Part shown: in pieces, positions 1-14,379 of the stretch
Position numbering within the stretch: position 1 is the stretch's first letter
Layout: each line of letters begins with the position of its first letter
Assembly (NCBI GenBank): GCA_016748015.1
Contig: JAAOMT010000227.1
Span: forward strand, 121,239 to 185,238
Length of the DNA stretch: 64,000 nucleotides
Origin: Geosiphon pyriformis uo1
Taxonomy: Eukaryota; Fungi; Glomeromycota
Reading direction: 5' to 3'
Notes under the pieces: generated by a model
The model's input: only the letters and a program-made list of their open reading frames with translations
The model's database searches: none
What the model was told of the DNA's origin: nothing
Program-made: the position numbers and the translations under genes

Positions 1-106
1 TCTTAAATATGGACATTCCTTCCATAAAACGCATGTAATTACAAAATGAATGAATAGTTATGCATGGAAAACTGATTTACAAATTTGTTAAGCTCTACTC
101 TATGTC

Positions 107-378
107 TCAAGTTACGAAGTCGTTACCTGTCTTATTAGTTTCTATAAAGTGATCTTGTAATTTTTCCATCTGCAACTCCCATCTATCTTTACTCTTTTTT
201 AGCTCTTTCACTTCTTCTTCCAACTCTTCCTTTTCTTCTATCCACTTCTTCCTTTGCTTTTCGTCCACATCCTCCTCCTCTCTCAAATTCTTCTTTAATT
301 CATTTAACCTATCTAGCTTCTCCACGCATCTCCTATACTCGGTCGTAACCACCTCTTAATATCTTCAACGCTCGCCAT
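107..378 (-). pseudogene. First (coiled-coil) exon of a Crinkler-like gene, paralog of 18321-20828; gene continues off the left edge
   Basis: ATG at 378-376 (MASVEDIK), then TTEYRRCVEKLDRLNELKKNLREE, aligning with 20532-20828. A 10-nt deletion relative to the paralog after ATTAAG shifts the frame. Probable GTAACG donor near 127. CpGs are retained here. Confidence 0.6.
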
Positions 379-399
379 GGTGTTTTGTGTGTTTGTTAT

Positions 400-1200
400 G
401 GTTTGGGAAGATATGGCCTAATATATGTTTGGTTCGTGTCAATGACGTTTCAGATCTTTGATTTATCAGTATAAATTTGCTATTTAGGTAACAAACCCGC
501 CTTTGTTAAATTACTAATTGTTTTTTTAATAATTATTGTATTATATTCATTAAATTATTTTTGTTTTGTTAAATTAACATTATTATTGTTTTATATATTT
601 TAATATTGAATAAAATTCGTTTTATTATTTTAAAATAAAAATAATTGTAAATTTTAAAATTGGAAAAAATTAAACCAGTATTAAATATATTTTTATTATA
701 TATATATATATATATATATAACTTTATATTAATTTTAAACTTATTAAATAAAATTTATATATTTAATTTATAAATAAAACAAATTTAATAATGTTATTTG
801 TATGTATTAATTAAATATAATTTAATTAAAACTTAAAATATTACTTACATATTTTTTATATATAACCAATAATTTAAGCTATATAAATTAAAAAAACTAT
901 TTGTTTTTATTTTATTTAAGTATTTAACAATTTTTTATTTTAATGCTTATTTAATTTTTTATTTTAAACATATTTATATATTTATATTTAATAACTTTTA
1001 CATTAATACTTTATATTTTTTACAAAATTATTAATTATTTATTTTTATTAATAAATTTATATTATTTAAAAGATATATATTATAGTTTTATAAATTTTTA
1101 AACAACAAAATAATAATAATAATAAAACTTTTAATATAAAAAAATTTTGGTATTTATTTTTAATAATCAATAAAAAAAATAATTTAAATTATTAAAACAC
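400..1200. repeat. AT-rich upstream region duplicated at ~20840-21480 (direct orientation)
   Basis: Shared blocks such as gtttgttatggtttgg.aagatatggc, aaaattggaaaaaattaaaccagtattaaa and tatgtattaattaaatataatt.aattaaaacttaaaata. Includes a (TA)n run at 698-720. Confidence 0.8.
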
Positions 1201-1419
1201 TAATAAATTTAATTATATATTTATTAAATGAGTCAATTTTTGTAAGTAATAAAACATAAATAATAATAAACTATTACTATACTTTTAAATTTTTTTATTA
1301 TTATTTTTATTATTTTTATTATTATTTATTTACTCAAATTTATAACAGAAAAGTAGTTTTTTTATAAAATTTTTATTTTATTTTTTATTTTTTTATTAAT
1401 GTATTTAATAAATGAAGTT

Positions 1420-4400
1420 CAACTGCTATCTAATACATAGAACCAAATTAAGTAACCCAAACTAAATATAACTTATATACTTATTACATATGGCTAGCCA
1501 TTCAGACCAGACAAAGCAATACTAGACTTCTATATTAATCTGCACAGCACCACCCAGACCAGAAAAGAAACAACATAGTTTATAATAACCAAAGTTAACT
1601 ACAAAAGATTCAATTACACTAAGCAACCTAATCACACCATCAGACAATAACAAAAACACACCACAAGACAGCCCAAAAATCACATCACCATCATAAACCA
1701 AACCAGCTCATTCCATATTCACCTTGTAACTAGACTTTACTAATCATGCCCTTTTATGATACAACTCCATGACAAACCTCACAAAATCAACAACCTGACC
1801 AGTAGTCTCTTTCCTATTATCGAAAGCACCATAAACTTTATTACACCACTCTTTCAATACAAACCTCTTATACAATATAGCATATAATCTAACATCTAAG
1901 AAGCATTAAGACAGAATACACAAAATGGCAAATGCAAATAAATTAGAAACACCAGCCAAAGTAGATTAATGTGCAGAAGCTTTAGCCAAAATTTCATTTC
2001 AAATACCAGCATTACAAACACAAGTAAAAGCATAATCAGAAAACTTCATTTCATTATACAATAAATACAACACTCCAAAGTAATACTTATTATATATTCT
2101 CTTTCTGACTACCACTGGTAACTGTCTGTGTATAGTCTTTATTAAATATGTACATAGGCAAGAAAACTTTCAACTAGTAAATTCAGCAAGCATATAAGAA
2201 TTAGAATACCACACCTTTGTGGTAGCAACCCAGTTTACACATTCGACTAACACATTTACAACCACATTATAACCTGGCCCAGCTTCCCAATGAGCTTGAC
2301 TAATTGACTAAAAAATATTTCTGACAAAATAACAAGTATTACCAAAAACAGCTGTGTCTTTAGCCACCAAAAAGTGCTCATACACTTCAGCCAACAGTAA
2401 AAAAGGAGACTGAGCAGCCACCCCAGCTGCCAAATCAGCCTTTATATTACCAGAAACCCTTGAATGTTTTCTAATCTTGACCCAAACTACATTCAGATTC
2501 TTCTCTCTGACCAAATTAGAAATATAATGCCTTTCTATCCAGCATGAGTTGCAAAAATCAGGTGCAGCAAATGACAATTCAGCTATGCAAATATTGATTG
2601 CAGCTTGGCTGTCGAGATACAAAACTACCGAACAAGAAGATAGAACACATTCCAAGGACAAAGCAACAGTCTACAGCTCGGCCATAGTAGAAAATAAAAG
2701 ACCACAGACCAAAACACCAACACATAGATTCAAAGCCAGAAAATAAGCAGCCATATCACTAGTAACTATAGCAGTACCAGCATCCTTTAGCAATCCATCA
2801 GTGAACACTTCAAAGAAGCCAGACCAAACCTTATGCAAACCATCTTTCACAACAAAAAATTCATCTGACTCAAGAATGTCTATGCCATATGGCTGACTGG
2901 ATATAGTAAAACCAGATAAAAGAAAACTTAAACCCAACAAATGCTCAGACACAACCACAAATCAGCAAGGAACAGAACCACATGAATCTAGCCTTTTTCA
3001 ATGATAAAAAGTTTTCCAATCTAACACTTCACCCTTTTTATCAAAAAGCTGATCACCAAAAACAACCCCAAAACACTTCAGAGAACAAACAAAATTGAAG
3101 TACAAAAACTTCCCAAGGATTAATAACAATAGATAATGACCAGGATTATGGAAAGTATTTGGAAGGTTGTTAACCAATGAAAGCTTATTGTCCAAAAAAA
3201 TTTTTATCATTTCAGCCAAAAAGTTATTTACCAGACTAATATGTAACTTAACAAAAAACTACAAAGAATTCAAAGGAGCCCAATTCAAAACCTGTAAGTT
3301 CAAGAATCTATGACTGAACAAATGTCCAAGAATGTCTATATTATTGGAAAAAAAAATCAGAACAGCCACATTTGCTTTAGACTGCACTTGCTCAAAAGGC
3401 TTCAAGCCATACAAGAAGGAATGATACAAAACTACATCTGAAAAATTATAGAGCAGACACACTTTTATTTTGAGATTCTTCTTGACTATAACATCCCACT
3501 TGCAACACACATTTGACAAAACAAAACTGAATTGAATTCAATAACTAATTATAGGCTGCAGAATAGCTGACACTAAATAAGAAAATTGCTTATTTGTAAT
3601 AGCTTTTTGAAATACAACATTAACAAAAAAATAAACATCAGAATGAGCCTTGGTAACACTCGGCTTGAACAAGTTATTGGTAAACAAAAAAATTTCCAGA
3701 TAACAATAAACATCATCTTTCTTGACAATTGTAATTGGTTAACCACAGATACTCAAAAAAATAACCCTAACCCTCTGATTTATGAGGATAGCCACTGTTT
3801 TTTTACTGTTGATAGAAATATCATTGATTTCAAAAAACTTGCTGGCAATCTTCAAAGCATACTGAGTGGAGGCCTAATAACTACTAACCCAAATAGTGTC
3901 ATCAACAAACACATCTGCTGCAAAAAATATAGTCATCCCACCACTATTTTCAACTCTGTCAGTCTTTGAAACAAACTTAGTATTAATTTAGTACTCACAC
4001 AAATGTTTATGTCTTTTAATTTTACACAAAAGTGAATCATAAAAGATCTTCCACAAAAGTGGTAAAAAAATCTCACTCTAATTCAACCTATCAAGCATCC
4101 TATAACCATTTGACAAACCAAAATTAATCATTACTCTGTTAATTCTATTCTCATAAATACTACTAAAAAACCAGATGAATTTTTCACATATTTTAATACA
4201 TCACAAGCTATTCCTTAAGTAGTACCATCTAATTGAATTGTACATTTTATGCATGTTTTGCAGAACCAACCAAACCTCTCTATTTTTTTCAAGAGCATCC
4301 TCAATCATTGATTCAACAGCAAACACAGAAGATTGTGTGGATGTACCTCTCAACACCAAAAAATTATTGTCCTAAAGAATATTGAACTTGCTGCATGCCA

Positions 4401-6200
4401 ACAAAATACAATCAAACAAAATTTTAGATAGGATTTTCCTAGCAGTTTTGATTAAAGGTATGAGTTATATGTTTGTAAGAACCCCATCCCAGTCATAAAG
4501 TTTAGAGATCATTGAAATTCAAGTCCTTTTCCACAAAGCAGGCACATTATCAACAGTCAAACATATATTCAACAGCACCAAAAGACATCCCAATACATCC
4601 TTACTATTATGTTTCTACAGTTTATTAGGAATGCCAGATAAGCCAGCAGCTTTACCATCAAGCAAACTGCCAACAACCAAGAGCAACTCATTCATACTGA
4701 TTGCATCTATTATGCCCGAAAAAGCATTATTCTTAACATAGTTTAATGGTACATACTAGTAAGCCCAGAGATTAGGTAACATCAAAGGCACTATACGTTT
4801 TCTTGTTTAACCCTCCATGATTCTATTTACATTTGATAACACCTTCTCTAGTTTCAAAACCAACTCATCATTCACCACTAAGTGATTCAAAACTACCTTG
4901 TGAAAAGGTCACTTCAAAACACTATGAATCATATTATCTTTATTGGAACAAAAATTTTCCATATGTATTACAATTGTTTTTCTAATAGAAGCCTCTTCAG
5001 CCAACCTTGACTTATGTATCTTAGACTTTCTATATTTTTTACAAGCTAATGACAAATGTTTAAAAACCACCACAGATTTCACTTTCAAACACACTAGATC
5101 AGCAAAATTATGAGCCTTAATATCATCCAAAGTTGATCATATTTTTATGAGATAATCAACCTCAAACATATTACCAGAGCTGAATTTTCTAACAATTTTG
5201 ACAACCAACAATTCCAAACCAAAAAACTTAGAAGAATGTTTATTTCTTAAACACTAAAACTCACTAAACCAATTTCTTAAAAATATTTCATCAACTGATT
5301 CCATTATTACCCTTTTTAAAATCATCTATATACCATCCACATTGCCACAGTACATAGCATTAGAGAATTTATCAGCAATCATTAAAAGCTTGGCAGAAGA
5401 ACAGTTCTTAAAATCAGCCCATTTGGAGCTATTAGCATCCTTGATTTTAAACTTTCAACAATTTTTGTTAGTTTGTTTGCACAAACTGTTTAAACAAACA
5501 TCTAAGAGCCCACCCAAGCTGATTGAAACCATAACTGCATTGTGATTAGTGTCAAAAAAATTGGAAACAGAGCAAATCTGATGACTAGTAACAGCAGATA
5601 ATAAATTCCTATTGACAAGAATATAATTAATTGTTTTTTCAACATTTTTGAAATTACTCCATATAGAAGCCTTTATCAAACAATAAGTCGCAAATGAATT
5701 AACCAAACCTAATTCCAAACAGAACTTAAAACTCGCACTTTTTCCAGACCTATTTTCATTAAAATTTCCACCCAAAACCACAAAAGTGCTAGAGTTAATG
5801 GCCTTTACAATTAGAGAGTTCACCTCTAAAGCCTAACCAAACCTAGTTTCAGAGAAAGTGCCAGCATATAAATCCAGAATCATAACCAAAAGCTTGCTCT
5901 TAAATAAAAGATGCATTAAAATAACCTAATTAGGAATCTCTTCCATCTTAAATACATGACAAGCCAATAAATTATTCATAATTATGGCCACTGCAGTACC
6001 AAAAAATTTTTTATCTAGGCCAGATATAAAAACATGTACACTCTTAAACCTATTAGCAATCTATGGCTTAACACTAGACCACAATTTGGTTTTCATAACA
6101 AAAAACACAAGACTATTAAAATTCATATGCCAATGGACAATATCTATTTGTTTTGCAAGAATATTAATACCTTGGACATTGCACATAGCAAATTTCACTT
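1420..6200 (-). pseudogene. LINE-1 ORF2: AP endonuclease, reverse transcriptase, RNase H, C-terminal Cys motif
   Basis: APE: CNVQGIN, VVLGGNFN (GDFN), TINYI, DTNH. RT: KAAGLSGIP, PLLWKIFYD, VFVDDTIW (~3890-3915). RNase H: VFTDGLL, STMAEL, YLDSQAA, GNIKAD. Many stop codons. Confidence 0.9.
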
Positions 6201-8193
6201 ATTGGAATAAAAAATATAATAAAGAACCCAAACCAGAACACAATTGATCTAATCTAGCCAACACTAAACTAATTAACTCTTCCAAAAACATCATCTTTAC
6301 TTCTAAGCCACCTATTTTATTAGTCAGCATCTTGAAGCTACTCAAACTGGGTACAACATCATTAACAACAGAGAGAGGAATAATCGGTGGCACTAGTGCA
6401 CCATCTAAAGCCATATCTGATTCCAAACCCAAGATTGATAATTCAGACACAGAAGAAAGAAAAACAAAAAATGAGGGCACCAAAAATACCAATTCTACAA
6501 AGCTTAGCTTTTTCACAATGACAGAAATCCAATCTGCCAAAAGTTTTAAAGAGCACTCTAAAGATGCCAAACAATCATTCAAACTAGAGACCACAAGAGA
6601 GTTAGAACCTAATGAGAAAGATTTTACACCTAGAAGTAAACCAGTGCCAGAAGTGACAGAATAAACCACTTGAGAAAAAAAGCCATCAGCAACTTGGACC
6701 CAAGTTTTCTCACTAAAAGAAACTGGGCAAACAATAAATGCCTGCTTTTTTTTATATATATTGGCCAAGCAAACCTGATTTTGAGAGATCACTATCTGCT
6801 TACCATACACACCAGAATTTCTACCCATTGAACACACATCAGAGACATGATTAAGTTGTTTACACTTAGCACAACAGGCCAAAGAAAGACCTCTTTGGTG
6901 CAAATTTACTCTTTTAAAAACTGGCAAAAAACCAATAACAGCATTTTTTGACTTCTTGTCACCAAAACAAATAACAGTACTTTTATTGTAAACATATAAA
7001 ACCAGATTATGGCCAATAAAACAGGTCTTTCTACCATATAAATTCAACAAATCTGACAAATTATAAGCTGTAGTACCAATTAAAAAAGTATAGAGCAGAG
7101 TCTGATGCTGATTCTTATTTATCTATGAATCTTTGTCATTAACAGTTAGAGCCACCTGCACTGAATTTTTATCCACAAGAACTGACTATTTAGAAATAAC
7201 TGAACAGACCACCTCTGAAGATTCAAACTCAATTAAAGCTTTCTGTCAAAGACCAATTAGCTGTAGCTTGATTGAATTAATTTTACCAAATTTAGAAAAG
7301 ACTGTTTCTACTGCTGATTTAAAAAGATCCACTGGAATTTTTTTAACAATTATTTCCCAATTGGTATGACCAGTTGTCTTTTTTACATCATTATTAACCA
7401 GAATTTTTTTGCAGATTGCCAAATTTTTTGCCTTATTCAAACTTGATTCAGATATAAAAAAGGATCTGATAATCCCTAAGAATTTCGAGGGAGTAGAAAC
7501 TTCTCCAAAACCATTTACATGATAAAAAATTTTTTTAACAGAAATTAATTTATCATCAATAGTCTTACCAGATACCATAGATAGCTCAATATCTAACACA
7601 AATGATTTAACTGATTCAAAGCTATGTTTTTTCAGAACACATAACTTAACAAATAGCAGCTGATTAGACCCAACAAATTTAGGTGCTGAGAGTACCAACT
7701 CAATATTATTATTATTTAGATTTTTAAAAGATAGTACTTTTGGTAGTTGCCCCAAGATGTAAGTCTTTGTTTATGTCTTTCTTGGAATTGTGTTGTCTAT
7801 CATATTGTCTGTATTCAAAGCATTGAAGTTGACATAGCTTGTCTTTTTAGTTATTGTGTTTTTTAAATTTTCAACATCCAATATCTCACTCACACTGCAT
7901 TTGTCATTTTCAATCTCACTATCCCAGAATATCTTATGTTCCTCACTTTCAGCTTGGAAAACATCAACAGAAATAAGACCAGCTAACAAATTTACTAAAC
8001 TACCAGTAACTTCAGGAATCTTAGACTTTCTGTATGAAGGGCCATAAGAGTAGATATTTTTAATATACACCTTTTTCTTAATGTTAGACCAGGTTCTTAA
8101 CCTAGTTGAAATAAAACCAGAACCACTAGCTGAAGTACTTACTGGATTTATAGCAACAAAAAAAGGCATGTTGAAAGAAATAACTGAAGACAA
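6199..8193 (-). pseudogene. LINE-1 ORF1 (gag-like, CCHC knuckle)
   Basis: ORF fragments 7771-8193, 7246-7755 and 6199-7059. CAKCKQLNHVSDVC fits CX2CX4HX4C. Confidence 0.8.
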
Positions 8194-8589
8194 AAGGGGA
8201 GAGGAAAAGGAAGTAAGCTAAAACTTTGACAAAATAAAGCTCTTATTGTGGTCAAGGAATTGATAAAAGAAAAAAAAAAATTTTATAAAATTTTCAAAAT
8301 TTATTTTATTATTTATTTTATAAATAATTATTTATATTTACTATAATAATTAAAAAAATATTGTTTAAAACACAACAAAAATAACTTAAATTTTATTAAA
8401 CTTAATTTTTTGTTTTTTTGTTTAATTTATTTTTTTATTAAAAATTAATTTTATAGATAATTTTAAAACTTTTAAAACTTTTAAAACTTTTTTTTAAATA
8501 AGCATTTAGTTAAAATTTGTATTATTTATAATATATTTTTATTAAATTTATTAAAAACTTTTTTAAAAAAACAATATTTTTTTATTATT

Positions 8590-11500
8590 ATTATGAGATT
8601 AATGAGTAAAGCCCAACTGTTATCTAATACATAAAACCAAACTAAATGGAATAAACTAAATACAGCTCATGTACTTACTATATATGGCTAGCTATTTAAA
8701 CCAGACAAGGCAATACTAAACACTCATATCTACAAATATATTACCATTTAAACCTGAAAAAAAACTACATATCTTGTACTATTACAGTTCAAAGATTTAA
8801 TAAAAATTATAAATAATATAAATTAGCCAATCATAAAATAGCACAGCAACAATTTATAAAAAAAAAAAGAAATAATTTACAAATAACACCAAGCACTACT
8901 ATACAATAGCAGCAAGCACTATTGTGCAAAAGCAGCAAGCACTATTTTATAATAGCAGCAAGCACTATTTAGAAATAATAGAAATAGAGTATTACAAGAC
9001 ATTATTTTGTAAAACAATAATTATATATATATACAATAGTTTTTAATAATGAAAAATCTAATAGCTTTAATTAAAAGCAACAAATATCTAAATAAAATCT
9101 TATTCAAAAAGAATTAATAAAAATAATAAATTGAATTAATATTACAATTACGAAATTAACAATAGAATTCACATATCCTTTCGAGTGAATAAAACTATTA
9201 TTCCATCTATGAACCCTTTGGAAAAATAATTCCTGATCAAGATTATTCACGTGATTACTAATTAAATTGAAAAAGCTTTATTATATACTTAAGGAAATCG
9301 CAAAAAAGCCATTAATATTCCATGTTTCTAGATTAGAAAAACACATTAAGCAATTGCAAGAATAGCCTCAAAAAAAATCCCAAACAGTAAGTAAATTTCA
9401 GATTAGCCTCTGGGAAAGATTACATAATCTACAAAAACAATTAGAATTAAAGAAAAGACTTATATCACAACATCAAAAGAAAACCTTCAGTATATTATCA
9501 TTAATATCCAATATATAAAATTAAGGAACTCACAAAAAACTGATTGCAATTAAAATAAGATATCAACAATTAAAATATACCAAAAAAAACCTCCCATAAC
9601 AGTATCTACCAAAACTAACAACAAAAAATTCTATAATACTAAGCATATAAACCACTCCATTTAACAACAAAGACACTACACAATGAGACAAACCTACAAC
9701 CATACTATTATTATTGACCAAACCAGTTTTTTTCATATTTACTCTATATTTGTATCTAACAACTCATACTTTGATATAATGTAATTCTACCACAAATCTA
9801 ACATATTTGATAAAAGTCAAAGCAGCTTTTTTCTTTTTCTCAAAAACCAAAACTGCCTTAGTGAGCCAATTACTTAACACAAAATCTTTGCAAATTACAG
9901 CATAAAAACCTATATCCAAAGAACATATCAAAAGTGAATACAAAACAGCTAAAAAAGATGGACAAAAAAGATTTGTCAAAAACATCTATTTTACAACAGT
10001 TTCTGCTAAAATGTTTTTACAAAGACAGATATCACCAAAACAAATAAAAACGTAATCAAACAACTTTATCTCACCATATAACAAGCACAGTACTTTAGAA
10101 TAAGCCTTGTTATACAATTTTTTTCTAACAGTTACCAACAGTTACCTATATATTGCTTTTATTAAGTAGATGTGCAAATTAGCCAATTTTTTACTAGTAA
10201 ATTCAGATAGCATATGTGAATCAGGTTGTCATACCATCACAATAACAGCCCAGTTAATCTTTTTAATCATAGAACTTAGAACCATATTATAACCAGAACC
10301 AGCTTTCTAATAAGCACAACAAATTAACTGGTATAGATTATGGACAAAGTGACAAGTATTACCAGAAACAACACTATCTTTAGCAACCAAAAACTGTTCT
10401 TGAATCTTAACTGGCAGAGAAAAAGAAGAAAAAGTGGCCTTACCAGCCAACACATTAGTCTTGACATTGTCCAAAATCTCTGAATAATTTTTAACTTTCA
10501 CCCAATTAACTGAAATATTTTTATTCTTAATTAAATTGACTATATGCAATTTCTTAATCTAACATTGATTATGGAAGTCAAGTACAGTAAACAAAACTTC
10601 AGAAACACAAGCATCAATTGTAAATTGGCTATCCAAATAAAAAACCACAGCACAAGATAACAAAACACACTTCAGAACCAAAGTAATAGCTTACAATTCA
10701 GCCAAAGTAGAAGACAAAAGTCCAAACACCTTAACCCTAATGCTCACATCTGTAGCCAAAAAGTAAGCAGCCACCCCATTTATCACATTGATAGAACCAG
10801 CACCCTTCAAGGACTTATCTGTATAAACTTCTATACAATCTGACCAAATCTCCAGCAAACTATTATGCATAACAGAGAACTTCTCAGAATTCAACACATT
10901 TAACACAAACAATTTGGAGTTAACAGTAAATTTGATTTCTAAAAAAATATTATTACACATAAACTTAGAAGCCAATATAAACCAATAAGAAACAGGGCCT
11001 TTTGGATTCAATTTTTTTTACCACCAAAATGTTTTTTAGTCCATTATTTTCCCTTTTTTGTCCAAAAATCTGTCATTAAATACAACTCCAAATTACTTTA
11101 GAAAAAGAACTAAGTTATAATACAAGAATTTCCTCAAGATGCCAGACATCAAAAATCTACCAGACTCATAAAAAACACTAGGCAAATTGTTCACTAAAGA
11201 TAGCTTATTCTCTAAAAATATTTTCACTATACCAGCCAAAAAATTATTTACTAAACTAATACACAACTTGACAAAAAACTGCAAAGAATTCAAAGAAGTT
11301 TATTCCAAAACTTGTAAATCCAAAAATCTATGTTCAAACAACTGCCCAAGAATACTACTGGTATTAAAAAAGGAAACTAGTAAAGCCAACTTCCCTCAGA
11401 TTGTACTTGCTTAAAAGATTTCAGATCATATAAAGAAGAATAATGTAAAATTTCATTGAGAAAATCGTGTGACAAATCAGTTTTTAACTTAAAACTCTTC

Positions 11501-12155
11501 CTAATCATAACATCTCATTTGTGACACATATTTGAAAAGATAAAACTAAATTGAGTCTGATAATTAACTATAGACTATAAAACAGCTGAAACCAAGTAAA
11601 AAAATAGTTTATCTGTAATCACTTTTCTAAGCATTACATTAGAAAAAAACCTGATATCCACATGAGCCTAAGCCAAACTAGGCTTGAAAAAATCCTTAAT
11701 AGACAGAAAAATACCCAAGTAACAATATGATTCACCTTTTTTAGTAATTGAAATTGGCAAACCATTAATGAAAAACAAGACAGATTTAACACCTTGATTA
11801 ATAAGAATAGCCACTGTTTTGTCATTATTAATTGAAATGTCATTAATAATAAAAAACTTACTGGCAATATTCAAAATGTACTGTACAGAGGCCTGACAAC
11901 TTTTGATTTAAATTGTATCATTAATAAAAGCACCAACAGCAAAAAAAAAAGTTTTTTCTCCAACAGTTTCAACTTTATTAGACTTAGCCACAATTTAGTA
12001 TGAATTCTGTATTTGCACAAGTGTTCATGTCTCTTTATTTTACACAAAAGTGGGTCATAAAAAATTCTCCAAAGAAGTAAGGAAAACATTTTACCTTGAT
12101 CCAGACTATCATGAACCTTATAACCATTTGAGAGTCCAAAATCTGTTATCACTTT
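8590..12155 (-). mobile_element. LINE-2: 3' half (RT, RNase H) of the same LINE family, interrupted by a solo LTR and truncated at ~12155
   Basis: DQGKMFSLLLWRIFYDPLL, IEVYTDKSLKGAG, SSTLAEL and VNWVKVK; colinear with LINE-1. Confidence 0.9.
8780..9601 (+). mobile_element. Solo LTR, family A, inserted in LINE-2
   Basis: Termini tattaca...ataaca (eroded TG..CA); 4-bp TSD gtac/gtat; agcagcaagcactatt sub-repeats at 8890-8970. Homologous to 13638-14057, 29834-30385 and 61768-62644. Confidence 0.85.
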
Positions 12156-12156
12156 A

Positions 12157-12802
12157 TTGAACTGCTGGACTTATAAGTGGAATGGCCAATTCTGTGCCAG
12201 TTACTTTATGTAGTTACATTGTAGTAAATATTAACTCTTTCCAGGAATTGCTTGTCTGAAAGCTCATTAAAAATGTGTAGTTATTTTGCTGTAAAATTCA
12301 ACTTTTTTACAAGAATTTGGTTTTCGAATATTTAATTTTTATTTAAAATGTGTAAAAGATGATTTGTTTTAATTAAGATCTCTAAAATAAGATACTATGA
12401 TAAGATATGAGAAGATAAATTTTCTTGAAGAAAGAAGCTTTTTTTTTATATAACTTGTTATAGTACTAGTTTTTGAACTTGCACTTTTCTTTTTGTTATA
12501 ATTTTGGGTAAACTAAAAATACATTTTGGCAAACTACAAGTTATTTCACTGAACTATTGATTATTTCGGCCAATTTTTATTAATTTTTATTAATTTTGAC
12601 TATGTTATATAGTTTAAGGTATTGTGTAATTTGATTATCTTAATTTTTATGGTACAAATTGGATTATTAATTAAATAATGATCTTTGATAATTTAATTAA
12701 ATAATAAGTAATAATAAAAATGATACTAATATATACTAATTAATAATAGAAATTATAAGAGTAATTTTATGCTAATTAATAGCTAAAATTCTACTGGTAA
12801 TA
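12157..12802 (-). mobile_element. Truncated 3' LTR, family B
   Basis: Colinear with 25351-26195 apart from one ~200-bp indel. Ends gtaata and is followed by a PPT (minus-strand aaggaggagatta, 12803-12815). Confidence 0.8.
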
Positions 12803-12812
12803 TAATCTCCTC

Positions 12813-13448
12813 CTTAAGATTGAGTTTCATCAAAGTCCAAGCACTATCTGTAATGTTGAGATAGTAGTCCAAAATAATTAAAGTAATCTGGTCTGAAAAT
12901 TGTTGAAATTTCAGATCTGTGAGCTTGTTAATATATTGAATTTTCATTGAATGAAGTATTGGATTTTGTAAAATATTTTTACAAGTATTAAATAGATCAT
13001 AAAGTCTAAAAGCTGCTTTAAGTTTGTAGCAAGTGTTTGTTAATCCAGCTGCTGTCTTAAATTCATTGTAGATTTGTTTTTGTATAGCTTCAGAAGTAAA
13101 GTTTATTGTTTCAAGTTCCAGTTTTTATTCATAAAGTGTTTTTTTAATTTGAAAATATCTATAAATAAGAGTATGTTTATTGTTTTGTTTATTGAGAAAT
13201 AGTAAAAGTTTTTGTTGAATTGTGGTATTTGGTAAAATGCCAATAGAAGCAAATAAGAGGTTTTCTTTTAAAGCTTGCTTTAAAAGTTCTGGTAATTGAT
13301 TTCCAATATAACTTCTTGTGTTTCTTCTATAGGAGTAATAATTTTGATAATTATTTACTACTAAAGCTGTGGTTTTTTTCTGAATGTATTGAATTTGACT
13401 TCCATTAATCGTTATGGATAAGTCAGGAAGTGTTTTTAAAGCTAACAT
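12813..13448 (-). pseudogene. Accessory 3' ORF of the family-B LTR element, unknown function
   Basis: ORF 13125-13448 reads on in frame past one stop (KQIYNEF...KLKAAFRLYDLF...IQYINKLTD) towards the PPT. Confidence 0.6.
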
Positions 13449-13637
13449 TAGTTTTTGGAATATTTGTTAAATATTTTAGAGAATAATCATGATAAAAATA
13501 ACTAACTAATAAAAAAAAATAAAGAAGATTATTTTTAAATATAGGGTTTTTTATTTGTTTTTGGGTTTTAGTGTTTCTTGTAATTATTTACTATTTTTTT
13601 TTGGTGTATTATTAAAAAAATTATTGTAAAAGTTAAA

Positions 13638-14057
13638 TATTATTTATTAAATAAAATTATTATTCATCAACTGAATTCTTTGGAAAAATAATTCCTGATC
13701 AAGATTATTCATGTTGTTACTAATTGATAAAAACTTTATTGTAAGAATTAAGAAAAATACTAAAAGCTATTATTATTTTATGTTTTTAAATTAAAAAAAC
13801 ATTTCAAACAATTGCAAAAATAACCTCAAAGAAAATTCCAAACAGCAAGTAGATTTCAGTTCAGCCTCTAAAAAGGAGTACATAAACACACACAATAATC
13901 AAAAATTGAAAAATAACTTCTATTATAACATCAAAAAAAAGTCTTCAGTATAACAGTAACATTGTTACACAAGTAGAATTGAGGAATTCATGAGAGACTG
14001 TTTGTACTTAAAATAGGATATTAACATTTAATATACCAAAAAAACAATTCCATAATA
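13638..14057 (+). mobile_element. Partial LTR, family A (3' half)
   Basis: Core tttggaaaaataattcctgatcaagattattca; ends ccataata like the other family-A copies. Confidence 0.8.
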
Positions 14058-14379
14058 CTGGTTAGAATTACTAATTGTTTCTGAGTTTTTTATTGACAAA
14101 AAAATAAATGTAAGAAAATAAAAAGTTTTAATTTATGGAATTGCTAAATCGACCTATTTACAACATATAATATTATTTACATTATAGTTTTGTATTTAAC
14201 TATATATAAGAACATATTAACAAGTTTATAATCAAAGAGTTCTAGAATAAACTTAATAAGTTTTTATAAAATTACAGATTATATTCATATGATGTTATCA
14301 TCTTAAAAAACATCATATAGCTTTTGTAAAATAATACAAAGTTTTAACACCTTTACATATTTCCAAGGATATATAGTTA

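Larger units (their letters stand above)
1395..8265 (-). mobile_element. LINE-1: near full-length degenerate non-LTR retrotransposon (ORF1; APE-RT-RNase H ORF2)
   Basis: ORF1 and ORF2 motifs are in canonical order, with an A-rich tail on the minus strand at ~1290-1400. The 3' end is homologous to 8590-8780. Boundaries are approximate. Confidence 0.9.

Noticed and set aside
14058-14078. Possible PBS (ctggttag) after the partial family-A LTR
   Set aside because: No gag follows and no tRNA match is recognisable.
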